A stretch of DNA of 64,000 bases, from the NCBI RefSeq assembly GCF_009914755.1, contig NC_060926.1; one strand, 5' to 3'. Shown here piece by piece: positions 27,585 to 41,485 of this stretch. Source of the DNA: the human T2T-CHM13v2.0 reference genome, Homo sapiens. Each line of letters opens with the position of its first letter. Position 1 is the stretch's first letter. The translations under genes were made by a program, and so were the position numbers. The notes under the pieces are model-generated. The model was not told the origin of the DNA, did not search any database, and saw only the letters and a list, made by a program, of their open reading frames with translations.

Positions 27585-28155
27585 AGTCCCTGGCTCAGGG
27601 CCTTACAGGCTACCATCAAAGTGCTGGCCATCCTGTCCTCTTTTCTGCAGCTCGGAGTCCTCAGTTTTTGGACTGAAGTCCTCAGATGCTAGAAGATTCC
27701 TTGCAATTCCCTGCCATGTGGCCCTTTCCATAGGCAGTTTATAATATGGCTGTTTCTTCTTCAAGGCCAGTAACAGAGTCTCTCTCTCTCTCTCTCCTCC
27801 CTCTCCTTTCCTCTTTCTCTCTCTCTCTCTCTGTGTCTCTCTCTCCCTCCCTCCCTCCTTTTCTCTCTCCCCTTCTCTCTTTCTCTCCTCTTCTCTCTTT
27901 CCTTCTCTCTGTCTCCCTTTCTCTCTCTCTCTCTCCCTCCCTTCCTCACTGTCTCTCTCCTCTCTCTCTGTCTCTGTCTCTCTCTTTTATGTCGCTTAAG
28001 GCAGATTTTAACATGAGGTGAAGTAATGACAGTAACTATCTCATTATTTTTACCATAGTCTGTTGAGTAGAGGGAACTCAAAGGTTCTTCCCACACTCAA
28101 AGGTAGGGGATTACATTAAAGTGTAATTTATTGTAGGTCACCCTGCAGTGTATCA
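27585..28155 (-). mobile_element. Old MLT1-type LTR interrupted by a (TC)-rich tract
   Basis: ggactgaagtcctcag...ttccctgccatgtggccctttcc...tttcttcttcaaggccag...cccacactcaaaggtaggggatta. Confidence 0.6.
27779..27988. repeat. Polypyrimidine (TC/TCCC/TCTG) microsatellite
   Basis: About 210 bp of almost pure C and T. It gives rise to the spurious SL/RE-rich ORFs. Confidence 0.95.
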
Positions 28156-28427
28156 TACATAAGTATATGCATATATAATAGCATTGGGTAAAAAGTTTAC
28201 AAGTGATATGTTTATTTTCCCTTGGTATTTTTCTGTGTTTAGCAGGTGCCCATATATTAACTATTTATTGTTTTTAGTGATAATTCATGAATAAATTAAG
28301 CTTTTGGCAGAGCCTAGAAAGCAAAAATAAAGAGTTCAAACAGAAAAATTATCACCTGTCTCAGACCTACCCTGTCTGGCATTTCCTCTGAGTCAGTTTG
28401 CATAGTAGTGCACTGCTTCTCAACTCA

Positions 28428-28690
<263 letters not shown>

Positions 28691-29499
28691 TCTCAAATCT
28701 TAAAGGAAAATATTGGAGTTCTTATTTTTATGAATGAGTTAATTGCAAAAAGTTGTGAGTTTTTTTAAGTCTTAATAACCGTTTGTGTCACTATAGGTCA
28801 TTTATGTCTGGTAAATCTGAATATTCCTGAATATTATCTCTGGAGATTATAAATTTTATATCTTAATATTGAATATTCCATTTGTGATTTTTATAATTTT
28901 ATGTATTTCATATAAAGACCATTAGTTCATTATTGTTTTCTCTATTTTATTCAAAAAGAAAAAAATGCAGAAGAAAAAAATTAATTTTACAGGATGCCAT
29001 ATAAAATAAGATAAATATACAATCCAGAAGTCTGAAAGCAAGCTGAGATACAGGCAGGCTCCTCCCTCAAATCTTAGTAATCAATCATCTGTATAATATC
29101 TGCATAGTCATCATACTATGATGACAAGAGCCATGTTTTCCCTATTCACTACTATTCCCAGTGCTCAACAGTTTCTAGGAAATTGCGTTAGCAAATATTT
29201 GCTAAATGACGTAAAAGGGAAGCTGACACATGAACAACCCATGCCTCATTCTTCCTGGTGAAACAGAAAATTGGAAAAAGACTTTCAAGCAATACTAAAA
29301 TTGTATGCCATTCACTAGATTTAATATAATAAAGACAATATTATTAATGAATTATGTAATATATAAATGAAATATTATATTATATAAAAGAATATAGTAC
29401 ATTAATTATATAATCTACAAAATAGTTTACCCCTAAAAATTATCATTTTCATTTATCTATATTCACATTCTTGAATTTATATTCAAGAAATAATTACTT

Positions 29500-29798
29500 C
29501 TTTTTTTGTTTCCTTTGAAACAGAGTCTTGCTCTGTCGCCCAGGCTAGCGTACAGAGGCATGATCTCGGCTCAATGCAACCTCTGCTTCCCAGGTTCAAG
29601 TGATTGTCTTACCTCAGCCTCCTGAGTAGCTGGGATTACAGGCATGTGCTACCATGCCCAGTTAATTCTTGTATTTTCACAAGGGACGGTGTTTCTCCTT
29701 GTTGGCCAGACTGGTCTCGAACTCCTGACCTCATGTGATCTGCCCGCCTTGGCCGCCCAAAATGCTGGGATTACAGGCATGAGCCACTGTGCCTGGCC
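29500..29798 (-). mobile_element. Alu (AluSx-like)
   Basis: gagtcttgctctgtcgcccaggc...ctcgaactcctgacctc...gagccactgtgcctggcc. Confidence 0.92.
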
Positions 29799-29922
29799 TC
29801 AGGCTAGAAAACTGTCATTTTGTTTCAGCTAAGTGTTGCATTTGGGTGATGTTTTGGGATGGCTAAATTGTGTCCAGAAATTCACCTTAGATAACGTCAA
29901 TTCCAGCACCTCTAAAAAGAAA

Positions 29923-31197
29923 TAAAGGTTGCTGTCCAATGTAATTTCAGTTTTGGACCACAAGTTTTAAATCATTATACCTAGGCTCAAACATATCTTT
30001 ATTAATCAAAATAGGAACCGTTACAATCAGCACATTTTTGCCAATGAGAAATAAGTTTGTTTATGCCTGTGGTGTAAAAATTCACGTTTCAGGATTTGGT
30101 GAACTCTTGGAAAGTGTTTTCTGCATCCTTCTGGTTGTGGAAGTGTTTTCCCTGCAAAATGTTGTCCAGATGCTTGAAGAAGTGGTAGTCAGTTGGCAAG
30201 AAGTCAGATGAATATGGCAGACGAGGCAAAACTTTGTTGCCCAATTCGTTCAACTTTTGAAACATTGGTTGTGTGACTTGCCATCTGGCGTTGTCGTGGA
30301 GAATTGAGTCCTTTCTGTTGACCAATGCTGGCTGCAGGCGATGCAGTTTTCACTGTATCTCATCGATTTACTGAGCACACTTATCACATGTAATGGTTGC
30401 ACCGGGATTCAGAAAGCTATAGTGGATCAGACCGGCAGCAGACCACCAAACAACGGACCATAACCATTATGTGGTGCAAGTTTGTCTTTGGGAAGTGCTT
30501 TGCAGCTTCTTCTCAGTCCAACCACCGAGCTGATCATCACCGGTTATCATACAAAATCCTTTTTCTGTCACACATCAGTTTATTAGAGAAACAGTTCATT
30601 GTTGTGTAGAAGAAGAGGACACTTCAAAATGATTCTTTTTTTCATTGTCGCTCAGCTCATGAGGTACCCACTTACCGAGTTTTTTCACCTTTCCGATTTG
30701 CTTCAAATGGTGAACAATCATAGAAAGGTCGACAATGAGTTCTTCGGCAACTTCTCGTGTAGTTGTAAGAGGATCAGTTCTGATGATTGCTCTCAGTTGG
30801 TCATTGTCACCTTCCAATGGCCAGCCCCTATGCTCCTCATCTTCAAGGCTCTTGTCTCCTTTGCAAAACTTCTTGAACCACTACTCCGCCATACGTTCGT
30901 TAGCAGTTCCTGGGCCAAATGTGTTGTTAATGTTGTGAGCTGTCTCCGCTGCTTTATGACCCATTTTTAACTTGAATAAGAAAATTGGCTGTAATTTGCT
31001 TTTTGTCTAACATCATTTCCATAGTCTTAAATAAACATAAAATAAAGAGCAAGTAATAATTTAGCAAAAAAGCATAAAGTGAGAAATGTGCATTAAAATG
31101 ATGTATAACATAACAACATTTATTTAAGAATGTATGCCAGTATCAAACAGCAAATTTCAACAATGCAAAAACCGCAATTACTTTTGCATCAGTCTCA
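29923..31197 (-). mobile_element. Hsmar1 mariner DNA transposon, near full length (~1275 bp)
   Basis: The right end aaaaccgcaattacttttgcatcagtctca is the Hsmar1 ITR. The left end taaaggttgctgtccaatgtaatttcagtttt is a decayed ITR. Transposase homology lies in between. Confidence 0.93.
30002..31022 (-). pseudogene. Disrupted Hsmar1 mariner transposase (DD34D family)
   Basis: Starts MEMMLDKKQI. Fragments include DQLRAIIRTDPLTTTREVAEEL...KVKKLGKWVPHELS (WVPHEL motif) and ILHDNAR...QKLNELG.KVLP.LPYSSDFLPTDYHFFKHLDN (YSPDL-type motif). It ends GSYFD* and is broken by stops and frameshifts. Confidence 0.92.
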
Positions 31198-33599
31198 CTG
31201 CTTATTAAAAATATTAATCAGTTTACAAAGATAACAGTTAAAATAATTTGTTGTAACTCTGACTCAACTTTTGTTTTAAAAAGCCAAGCTATAATATGTT
31301 TAGAATATGTCAATGTCAAAACTGTGAACTAATTTTTACAAATTAAGGAAAAATAAAATATTAGAAAACTTGCTATAATAAATCAATAGTCCAAATGCTT
31401 ACCCCTTGTTAACCTTTTGGGTAATCACAACATATCTGAGATAGATCAATGAAATAAAGACCAAATTAAGTGCTATTTGGACAACAAAACATAGGTGAAC
31501 AAAGTTCTCAAAGCCTCACTATTCTCAAGATTGTGTAAATGGATAGATCATGCATGAATAAATTGGTAAGTCAAAGAATAATTAAAAGTTGAGGCCAAGA
31601 GGCTGTTGGCATAATGAAATTTGACCAACATTCCTAAAGGGAGTCTGGCTAGAATAAGGCAGAACTTTTCTGTGTCTGAGGGGAAATGGAGAATTCTACA
31701 ACTTACTACAGCAAGGTTTTGAGCACGAAAACATAGAGGAAAAAAAAAAAAAAAAGATGACCAGTCAGTAATCATGATGCAGTTGCTAATATTGTTTCAC
31801 TGGAGCCTTGTAAAAATCTCCTGCCCAAAGTAAAGATAGATCCTAGACACTGGAAAGACTTTGCTTATGAATAAGTGTCTAATTACTTTAGGTATCAGAC
31901 TTCATACAATTTCTGGCAGTTTCCCTGTTATCTCTTCTACATCCATTAACCATAAAATCAACAGCTAGTGTCCTAATACTGAGCTATACCTTGAGTGAAT
32001 TTTTAAGTGTAGGAGTGAAAGTTAAAAATTGTAATTAAAAGTGGAAAATAGATTTTATTAAGGACATAGCAAAATAAATAATAGAGCATCTAGATAATGG
32101 AACACAGTTAATAGAGCTTACAGTAAATGTTTCAACTATATACTTATATTTTATTGCAGTTTATGGTATGGAATGCACTATTATCTGAACCATCCCTCAA
32201 AAAGCACAACGTATGTCAAAAAATTAATGAGCTTTGAGTGTTTTCTCGTTGGGAGTGAGTCTATAGATGGTTTGTTTTGTTCCTTTTAGTTTTTCAGTAT
32301 TATCCAAATGCTTCATAATGACTTTATGTTAATATTACAGTAAAAAGTATGTTCATTTATTTCCATTTTAATAACATTGTGTGTAGTTCTATTCCATTAC
32401 TAATACATTACTATTCATTTTACAAGCCCCAAGTTTGGTTTTACAATCTGGATAAATTCCTCAGAAGTTTTTTGAAAGAGTGTGTGTGTTTCTTTGTATG
32501 TTGTGCATGTGTGATTGTGTGTGTATGTGTGTCTGTGTCTATGTGTTTGGTTAATTTCTAAAGCAATTGCACCACCATGGTGCAATGGTATTGTAATTGT
32601 TCTTATTAAACTTACTGTGTCAAAAGCAGGAACTAGGATCTTAGAAAAAATTGATATAAAATGGGTGCTTTGACAGATAATTGTTAAGTGAATGAATTAA
32701 GAAAAAAAGTAAAACGTTGAAAGAAATTCACTTTTTTAGAAAAGAATTTAGCAGACAATTCTTGAATTCTTTATTGCTATCCAGGATATGATCAGTGTAA
32801 AAAATTGTTTTACTAACTAATGTGTCATTTGTAATAGAATGTTAGGGAATACAGAGCAATGGGCAAGGTACAACTAAGAGAATGAAGTACCTGGACTAAT
32901 CACTAAATCACTGTGAAATCTTTAGCAATTCATTTCTACTCTCTGAAACTCAGAGCTTTTATTAAATATAATATTGGCAATTAACCAAGGAACCTCTAAA
33001 TTCTCTTTTGCGTTTGAGCCATTTGTTCCATGGATCTACTGTCCATGGCATGTTTATGGCGCTCAGATTTTTCAAATGAAATATCAGCACAGATATTCTA
33101 AAAAGTGAAGATTCCTTACTATATTTAATTTAGTGAAAAGCTTAAAATGGCATGAAGTTATACTAAATAAATTAGCCTTTTTCAAAAGAAAAACAATTTC
33201 TGACAAATTCTAGAAAGTATGGTTTATTTTTTGCTGTATTAGTTTAGTTTAGAGGAAAATTAACATTTTATATTCCAGTAACTATGTCATGTTTCTTGTA
33301 TATATTAGTACAATTAGTTACCTAACAACAAATAAAATTTTGTTATGTGTCTGTAAATTTTCTAATAAAAGAAATTGAGTTTCAAAGAGATGGACTACCT
33401 GACAGAGCTACATTTGGAATACAGGGCTCTCTGATTTCTACACATGAATTATCCCCCTCCTAGATTTTAACTCCCTTGAAGATAAGCCCTACATGTTGTT
33501 TGCCTTTATAATCCTCACCCTTTTCCTTTACTCCCAACATTAGACAAAGAACCTTATATTTAGAAAATATTCAGTAATGGTTGAATGAAGAAAGAAGAA

Positions 33600-33705
33600 C
33601 AGAATGGGGTAGAATGAAATAGGAGAGGATGAAATGGGCTGAGCTCAAGATGAATGGAATAAATTAAAATGAAATTGAATGAAAAAAACTGGAATGGAAT
33701 GGTTG
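33600..33705. repeat. Degenerate (GAATG/GGAAT)n pentamer tract
   Basis: agaatggggtagaatgaaat...gaatggaataaattaaaatgaaattgaatg...ggaatggaatgg. Confidence 0.55.
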
Positions 33706-34119
33706 CATTGAAGTGCAAGAAAATATTTTCTTTTCTTCTTCTTTACCTCTGCATCTAAAATCAGTCTTTGCCCAAGTATCTGCCTAAGTATTTAATGACC
33801 ATTAGACATCCTTTCTTATGACCTACTGAAACAGTTGAGTTAGCAACACCAAAATTGGCCAAGATTATTATTTTTGCTGTAACTAATATTTGTTAATTTC
33901 TTCATCTGTTATTTTAACCCTTATATATTGCCTCTTCCTGATTGGACAGTGGACCACTGTCCCGCCATCCTCAATGATGGTGTCTGCTGAACCCCATAAG
34001 TCATGTTCAGAGTCCTCAAATTATAAAATGAAAGTCATTGTATTTTCCCTCTGAGACAACCACTGTGAAGCCACCAAAAAGAGAGCATTGGAATGTAACT
34101 TAAGATTTAGGATACAGAT

Positions 34120-34496
34120 TGTATAGTCCATTGTGTGCTGCTATAAAGGAATACCTGAGAATGGGTAATTTATAAAGAAAAGAGTTTACTTAGCTCACAG
34201 TTTTGCAGGCTGTACAGGAAGCATGGCACCAACATTTACTTCTGGTCAGGACCTCAGGAAGTTTTTACTTATGGTGGACAGCAAAGGACAGCAGGCCTGT
34301 CACATGGTGAAAAGGGGAACAAAAGAAAGGAGGGAGGTCCCAATCTCTTTAATAACCGGATCCCACGTGAACTCCTTGTTCTGTGGAGGGCACCAAGCCA
34401 CTTATGACCCAAATACCTCCCAGTGAGCCCCATCTCCAACACTGGGGACCACATTTCAGCTTGATATTTTCAGGAAAAAACATCCAAACAATATCA
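34120..34496 (-). mobile_element. MSTB-like MaLR solo LTR
   Basis: tgtatagtccattgtgtgctgctataaaggaatacctgaga...gctgtacaggaagcatggcacc...catccaaacaatatca. Confidence 0.88.
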
Positions 34497-35247
34497 TACA
34501 TAGATCTCTTTTGCTTTTGCTTCAGCACCTGCAAAATAGAAATGATAGTGGAACTCACACTGTATGTGGTATTTAGAATATTGCTTGACCCTTAATAAGA
34601 ATTTAATAAATGTTAGTGTTTATTATTTACCTGAGTGCCCTTTGACATTACCTTTCTTGTTTTTATTCAATTCCACATTTCAAGAAAGAAGCACTAAAAC
34701 AATATGTATTGTGCATCTCATATGTGCCATACATTTTTGTTTTGTTTTGTTTTAGGTGATGCAGACCTGAACAAATAAACTGGGTGTCTGACCTTATTAG
34801 GTCCACATTTGTGGTTTGTGTATCTGTCTGTGTCTGTATTTTGTGACTGCAGCTGAAGCCAATATAAACTTAGAAACCAGTAAACAAAATAATTCCATGT
34901 GTTAAGTGAGTTAAAATGAAATTAACTGTAATGAGAGAGGGAGTTTTTGGTTTGCAATTCTAATTGGCTAGGGGGAAGGAAGCCTATTTTTTGGAGGTAT
35001 GGCTAAGCTGAGATGCATGGGTATATGAGGAAATTTTTAAGTTGTTTAAAATCGGAGAAAGAAACAATTTCAAGGAGAAAGAACAATAAATTGAGATAAG
35101 GAGTATCTTGAAATACTCAAGGAGCAGATGAGTAATGAGTGCAGTTGAAACATAGTGAGTTAGATGTATGTCTTCAGTGGGGAGGAAAGTAGGGACAGCA
35201 TGCTTGAGACAACTTTGAAGAATGAGACAAGGGTCAAACCATATGTG

Positions 35248-35249
<2 letters not shown>

Positions 35250-35289
<40 letters not shown>

Positions 35290-35590
35290 TTCTAAGACAG
35301 GGTCTTATTCTGTTGCCTAGGCTGGAGCACAGGTGGCATGATCACAGCTCACTGCATCCTTGACCTCCTGGGCTCAATCAATCCTCCCGCCTCAGCCTCC
35401 CAAGAAGCTGGGACTACAGGTGTGTGCCACCACTCCCAGCTAATTTTTTCTTTTGTATTTTTTTTTTTCGTAGAGACAGGGCTTTGCCATATTGCCAAGG
35501 CTGGTCTCAAACTCCTGTGCTCAAGACATCCACTCACCTTGGCCTCGTAAAATCTTGGGATTGCAGGTATGAGCCACCATGCCTGGCCCC
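35250..35590 (-). mobile_element. AluJ-like element with (TTA)n tail microsatellite
   Basis: A (tta)n tail, then agacagggtcttattctgttgcc...gatcacagctcactgcatccttgacctcctgggctcaa. TSD ccatatg(t/a)ggt. Confidence 0.92.
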
Positions 35591-38500
35591 ATATGAGGTC
35601 TTGATTACTGTGAAAGGAATTTGGATTTTATTTTAAGATACAGGGAAAGGTATTTGTAAAAGAGTAATTGATTTGTAAGAGAGTAACTATCAATGTTGGG
35701 TAGAAAATTGATTGCAAGAATGCTTGAGTCAACAGCAAAGGGTACAAAAGATAAGATAATGACTCCAATGATTGATCTAGAACCTTGATCAGGGCATAAT
35801 GGAAGGGAGTAGAGGTGGCATGTTAGATGGCATGCATGGGTCGGGAGAGATGAGCCACAATATTGTCATGTCTTCAAAATTGGAGGCTACTCGAGAATTT
35901 TGGTATGCTGATAGAAATAATCAAACAGAGAAATAAAAATGATAAAGCAGGAGAGAGAAGGTTTAACCAAAGGAATCAACCCTTCTGATTAACATCCTTT
36001 ATGACCACAACACATCCACCACTTTCCTAGGACAAAAGCACAGTTAGTAAAACTTACATAAAAGTACAACCCAGCGATGTCCTCAGAATATAAATGAGAA
36101 GCACCCAGAAAGCAGAAAATGATTGCGAGGCTCAAGGATGGCAGAAGAACAGAAAATGAAATAAAATAGTGTCAAAAATATGACAAAAGCCTCATCTTCT
36201 CTGCACATTCTACCTTGGAATTATTGCCACTCTATCAGCCCACTTAACTGACCCACATTGACAAATTGACTTGGTATAAAATTACTCCAAGAAGAAAAAT
36301 TCATCCCATTTAACCTACAGGCAAGAAACTTCTGACTACCCTCACTAACCTCTGACCATCAGCTCAGCTCTGTGTAGCAGGTCTTAATGCCTCTGTTTCC
36401 TCCACTCCCTTAAAGAAAGAAACTGAGATTTCCTTATTTCCACATTTAGTAGGAGTTCCTTAAGTCAACATTGCTTGACCAATTGAGAATAAACACTTGA
36501 AGATCGAGTTAAAGAATAGGAGATTCTAAATTTCTTATTGTTTCTTAGCTGTTAAATAAAGTCAGAATCAGATCTGAACTAAAGCTATTTTTAGTGCAAA
36601 GCACAGCAAACTGAAATATGGCTGATGCACAAGGGACAGAAATGGGCTGTGTTGACCCTGCTGATCTGAAGTCCACTTAGGTGGAAGAGAGTAGATGACA
36701 CAGACTTGACTAAAAGCACCTTCCAAACTGACCTGTCGTCATATAGTACAAAGATCAGCTTCTTAAGGAGCATAGATTGGGTCCTGTAGCACAGGATATT
36801 ACTTTCATGTCACATATTCATAATACATTATTTTAAGTGTGTGACATTCTAGAGTAAAGCAAAGAAAAGTTGCCTTCAATGATGTTGGAACACTCATACA
36901 TTGCCTTAGCTGTTCCCATATTCACATTATTTTATTTCCTGATGTGTGAGGCACATCACGCAGGAGGAATTACCACTACTAGTGATTTGTCCTCCAGTGT
37001 CCTCTGACTATAAACTATTTTGTGTATCTAATTCAATAAAACTGTCATTGGCTCTCTGATAAATGATTACATTGTAAAACGAATTATTCTTATACATTTG
37101 CCAAACTAGCAGTTCATATGGGCATCCATGACTACACTAAGTAGGTTGATGTATCATGGAAATAATTCAGAATCGACAAATGACTGAAAGTGAGTGGACT
37201 CATTGCCTAAGAATCAAGTATGTCCCTTCTCTCTCTCACCTTGTACTGTGCTTCACTGATTGCCTTAAGGAGGGAGGGTGCTGAAGTTATCATTTGACAG
37301 CCGTCAAAGAAATAATGTCATTGTTGTAGACGTTTCTCTTCCTAACAGCAATGCCCAAACCCTTGTTTCTTAGCAATCTTCCACAGAGAATCTTCAAAAG
37401 CCATGCACCCTCCTCAGCAACAAGAGAGGTCTACTGGGCCCAGTTATGGTCAATGAGACATAAAGGCATACTTGCTGCTGGTTTTCTGGGAAGAAAATTG
37501 ACTTCTTAATAAGAAAGAAAGGCTCTTATCCAGATTTTCTGTCACACTCAAAATGACTGAACCATTTAAAATGTTTTATTAAGGCAACTTGTGATTTACT
37601 CACGACTGTCTAATACCTGGTAACAATTAAATATCTAATTTAAAAAAAGGTTTTCAAAGTCAGAAAGACCTGCAATTAAATCTCAGGTGTGCCATATATA
37701 ATCTCTGTTATTTTGAATATGTTTCTTAACCGCTATACATCTTAGTTTTCCTAACTCTAAAATATTATATTCCCTCATTGAGATTCTTTTTTTAATATTT
37801 AACATATCAATAGTGTAAGTTGCATTAAGAGATTTCCAATTTTGAGCCTGCATCATGATTCAAAAATAAACTTTACCTGATTGGAGTGTGTTATTTGTAA
37901 ATATGGCCATGTAATCAGTTTACTAATATGTAATAATGTTTTAATCTATATATAAGTGATACAGGGTTGTTTTTTCCAATTTTGTTTTGAAATTGGGCCT
38001 AAATCAGGAAATTTGAAGTTTTTCATGATTTTCTTTGCTTTGAGAAAATTTAAATAAGAGAAATACTCATTTTCTTAATATTTTATAAATTGAAAAATAA
38101 AACCATATGTGCTTAGTGTCTCTGGAGAGGTAAATATTTGACTATCTTTTTTATATCCCTCCCCATGGCTAACAGCCTATCAGGATTTTAATCTTTCCTT
38201 GTGTCCATTTTCATCATAAAAATTTTCTTGAGAAATTATCCATCTCAACTCGACTTTAAAAATTGCAAATATTTGAAATTGCACATTAAACTCTCTAGCA
38301 TGTATCAATTTGTTTTAAATTTGAATTGATATGTTTTCATATTTAAATTATTATTATTAATCTCTTATTTTAAATTTGGCAGGGCTCTGGTAAGGCTGCT
38401 ATTTAATATTAATAATTTATTTTAAATAACAATTCTTAATTTTATGTTCTTTACACTTTTTTTATTATCCCATTCTTCTTCTTTTGTTCTTCATTTAGTG

Positions 38501-39216
38501 TACTCTTCTTACTTTATTTTGATTTGTTTCCCCTTGACTTAAATGCTTGCTTTATTTGTTTTGTGTATACAAAACTCTTAATTAGTTACTCACAAGCTAT
38601 TCATACTCTCTTTTCCCTTGCCTTCCTCTACTATAGTTGTTATAAAGTACTCAACTTCAACTGCCTTGCACCTAGAGATACTTCTGGCGGTGGAGACCAT
38701 GTATTTTCAGCACCTTGCTCATGGCCTTCTCCATTCTTCCCACCATAGACACAGATCTTATGATTGGAGGTATCACACACATGGATCTAGAGAATACTGA
38801 GGATAGCAAAGGGGATAAAGAAGAAGAGCTTAAGTATATTGATGACAACCCTGAGCAATAACAAAAAGCACTGGGTGGCTTGATCTTGACAATGTATTGG
38901 CTGGGATTATAAACATCTTACTTATTCAAGCCAATATTAGTTGGGTTTTCTTTAGCTTTCTGCTGAACACACTATGACTAATAATTTATATTGTTGCATT
39001 TTCTACCGTATGTATAAGGCCTATATGAGTACCATTGGACAAATATGTGTCTTTTATACTGGTTATTCTAATAGTCTAGAACACTCTACATATTGTTTTG
39101 TTTTCTCTTTTTACTCTTAGAGTTTTTATGAGTGCTTCCTTTTATTTATTTATTTACATATTTTTAATTTCCAGATAGATTTTGCATTTTGCATATGTTG
39201 TTCTGTTTTAGAATAT

Positions 39217-39510
<294 letters not shown>

Positions 39511-39519
39511 ATATAGAGT

Positions 39520-40210
39520 GATTGTCTTCACTTCCTTTCTGCCAATTCTCTCAAGTCCACATCAATAGTAAGCAGTGCATCCTTACTATTTCTTAGAACT
39601 ACTCTCGTACACATTACCAATATGATGAAATCAATAAGCAACTATCAGCTCTTATCTTTTCCAAATTTTTGGTGTTATTTGATACATTTTTGTATTTCCT
39701 CCTTGAAACATTTTCTTTACTTAAGGATCAGGACATTAGTGTCTCTTGTTCTTTGTGGGGTGGAGGAAATTATGTGTCTCTCTTTTTTCGTCTCTTTTGC
39801 TGGTTTATTTTCATCCGCTTAATCATTAAATGTTACAGAAACCAAGAGTTTAGTTTTTAGACATCTCTTTATTTATACCTACTGTGTAAGTTGTATAAAC
39901 AAATCACATGACTTTCAATATCATATATATACTCATAACTCACACATTTATATCTCTAGATTTTACTTTGCTTTTGACATCCAGATTTTTATATCTAACT
40001 GCTTACTTGATATCACTACCTGGATATCTTACAGATATCGCAAGCTTTATAGGTCAAAATATACTCATGATTTCTTCCCCTAAAACATTTCTCTCATAGT
40101 TTTCCCTATTTCCATGACAATTTATTCTCCTAGTTAGTCAAAAAAACCTGGGGTCATTCTTAAGTTTTCCTATTTTCACACAACCATCAGCAAATCCTGT
40201 CAGTTTACTT
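39520..40210 (+). mobile_element. L2 fragment(s)
   Basis: tatatctaactgcttacttgatatcactacctggatatct and ccatcagcaaatcctgtcagt motifs typical of the L2 3' region. Confidence 0.55.
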
Positions 40211-40679
40211 ATCTTTCAGCAAAGTAAGTTTCTTTTATTGCTATTGGGTAACCTACCATAAATACATAATCTACCATAAATTTTTATTACCCTCAAAATA
40301 CGTGTAAATTGATAATTCATATGTTTTTTGAGGGTAATAAAAATTGTAACTCCTTTCTTGTGTATTTGGAAAGAATGTTCACATATTCCTTGTATAAAGC
40401 TCCATAAACTTGCTGTTAAATTAGTTCTGATTTTTTAATTATAGCTAAGGTCAAAGAAGGCTCCAGCTTAGACCTGTTAATGATAGAAGATAGGCCGTGA
40501 AAGTCTGAGAAAGGAACATTTTAGGCAAACAGAAAGCAAGTGTAAAGTTTCCCAGTTAAGAATGAATTTAACTATGCTGGAGATATGAGAAATAAGCCAT
40601 CTTTACTGGAATGTAATAAATGAAGGCAGAGTAGAGAAAGGATATCTGATACTTAAAGCCTTTTGTATATCCAAAAAAT

Positions 40680-41485
40680 GGGCTTGAAAAATGTTATTGC
40701 TGGGCATAGAATTTTCGGTTAACAATGTTTTGTTTTGTTTTTTGTTGATTGTTTTTGTGAATACTTTAAAGATGTCATTGCACAGCTTTCTGGCTTGTAT
40801 TGCTTTCAGTAAGATTTTTGCAATCATTGCTACCTTTGATCTTCTGTATGTATCTTATTTCTCTGGATGATTTAATTTTTTATCACTAATTTTAAGCAAT
40901 TTGATTATGATGTACCTTGATGTAGTTTTTCCATGTCTTCTGTTTCAAGTTCATTGAAACTTTTAGATCTGTAGGTTTATAACTTGCATTAAAAGACTTG
41001 AAAATTATGTTTCCTGTCTTACCCTCTCCTCTATTATGGGACTCTAATTACTTACATAGCTACTTAGTTTTATTTACAAAACAATGATGCTCTGTTCATT
41101 TTTTTTCTTTACTCTTCTCTCTCTATTTTATTTTGGATAATTTTTACTACTATATATTCAAGCTCACTAATATTTCTTCTGTAGTGTACAATTTATTGTT
41201 AATTACATTGAATGCATTCTTCATTTTAAACAATGTAACTTATGTCTCTAGTAGTTTAATGTAGTCCTTTTTTATATTTTCTCTATCTCTCACCATACAC
41301 ATGCTTTCCTCTAATTTATGGAACAATATATTGTATACTTACAGTAGATGTTTTATTATCCTTGTCTACTAATTTTATTATGTGAGTTATTTGGGGGTCA
41401 TCAGCTTTATTGATTTATTTTACTTTTATTTACATTTCATATTTTTTGTAGTTCTTTCTATGCTTGGCAATTTTTGATTGGTTGC
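40680..41485 (-). mobile_element. Old L1M ORF1-region fragment
   Basis: actttaaagatgtcattgcacagctttctggcttg, gcaatttgattatgatgtaccttg, ttcaagctcactaatatttcttctg. Confidence 0.7.

Noticed and set aside
27746-28096. SL-rich and RE-rich ORFs of 91 and 111 aa
   Set aside because: They are translations of the (TC)n microsatellite with no coding evidence.
33600-33705. Possible HSAT2/3 satellite
   Set aside because: Only ~100 bp of degenerate pentamers, so it is a simple repeat and not a satellite array.
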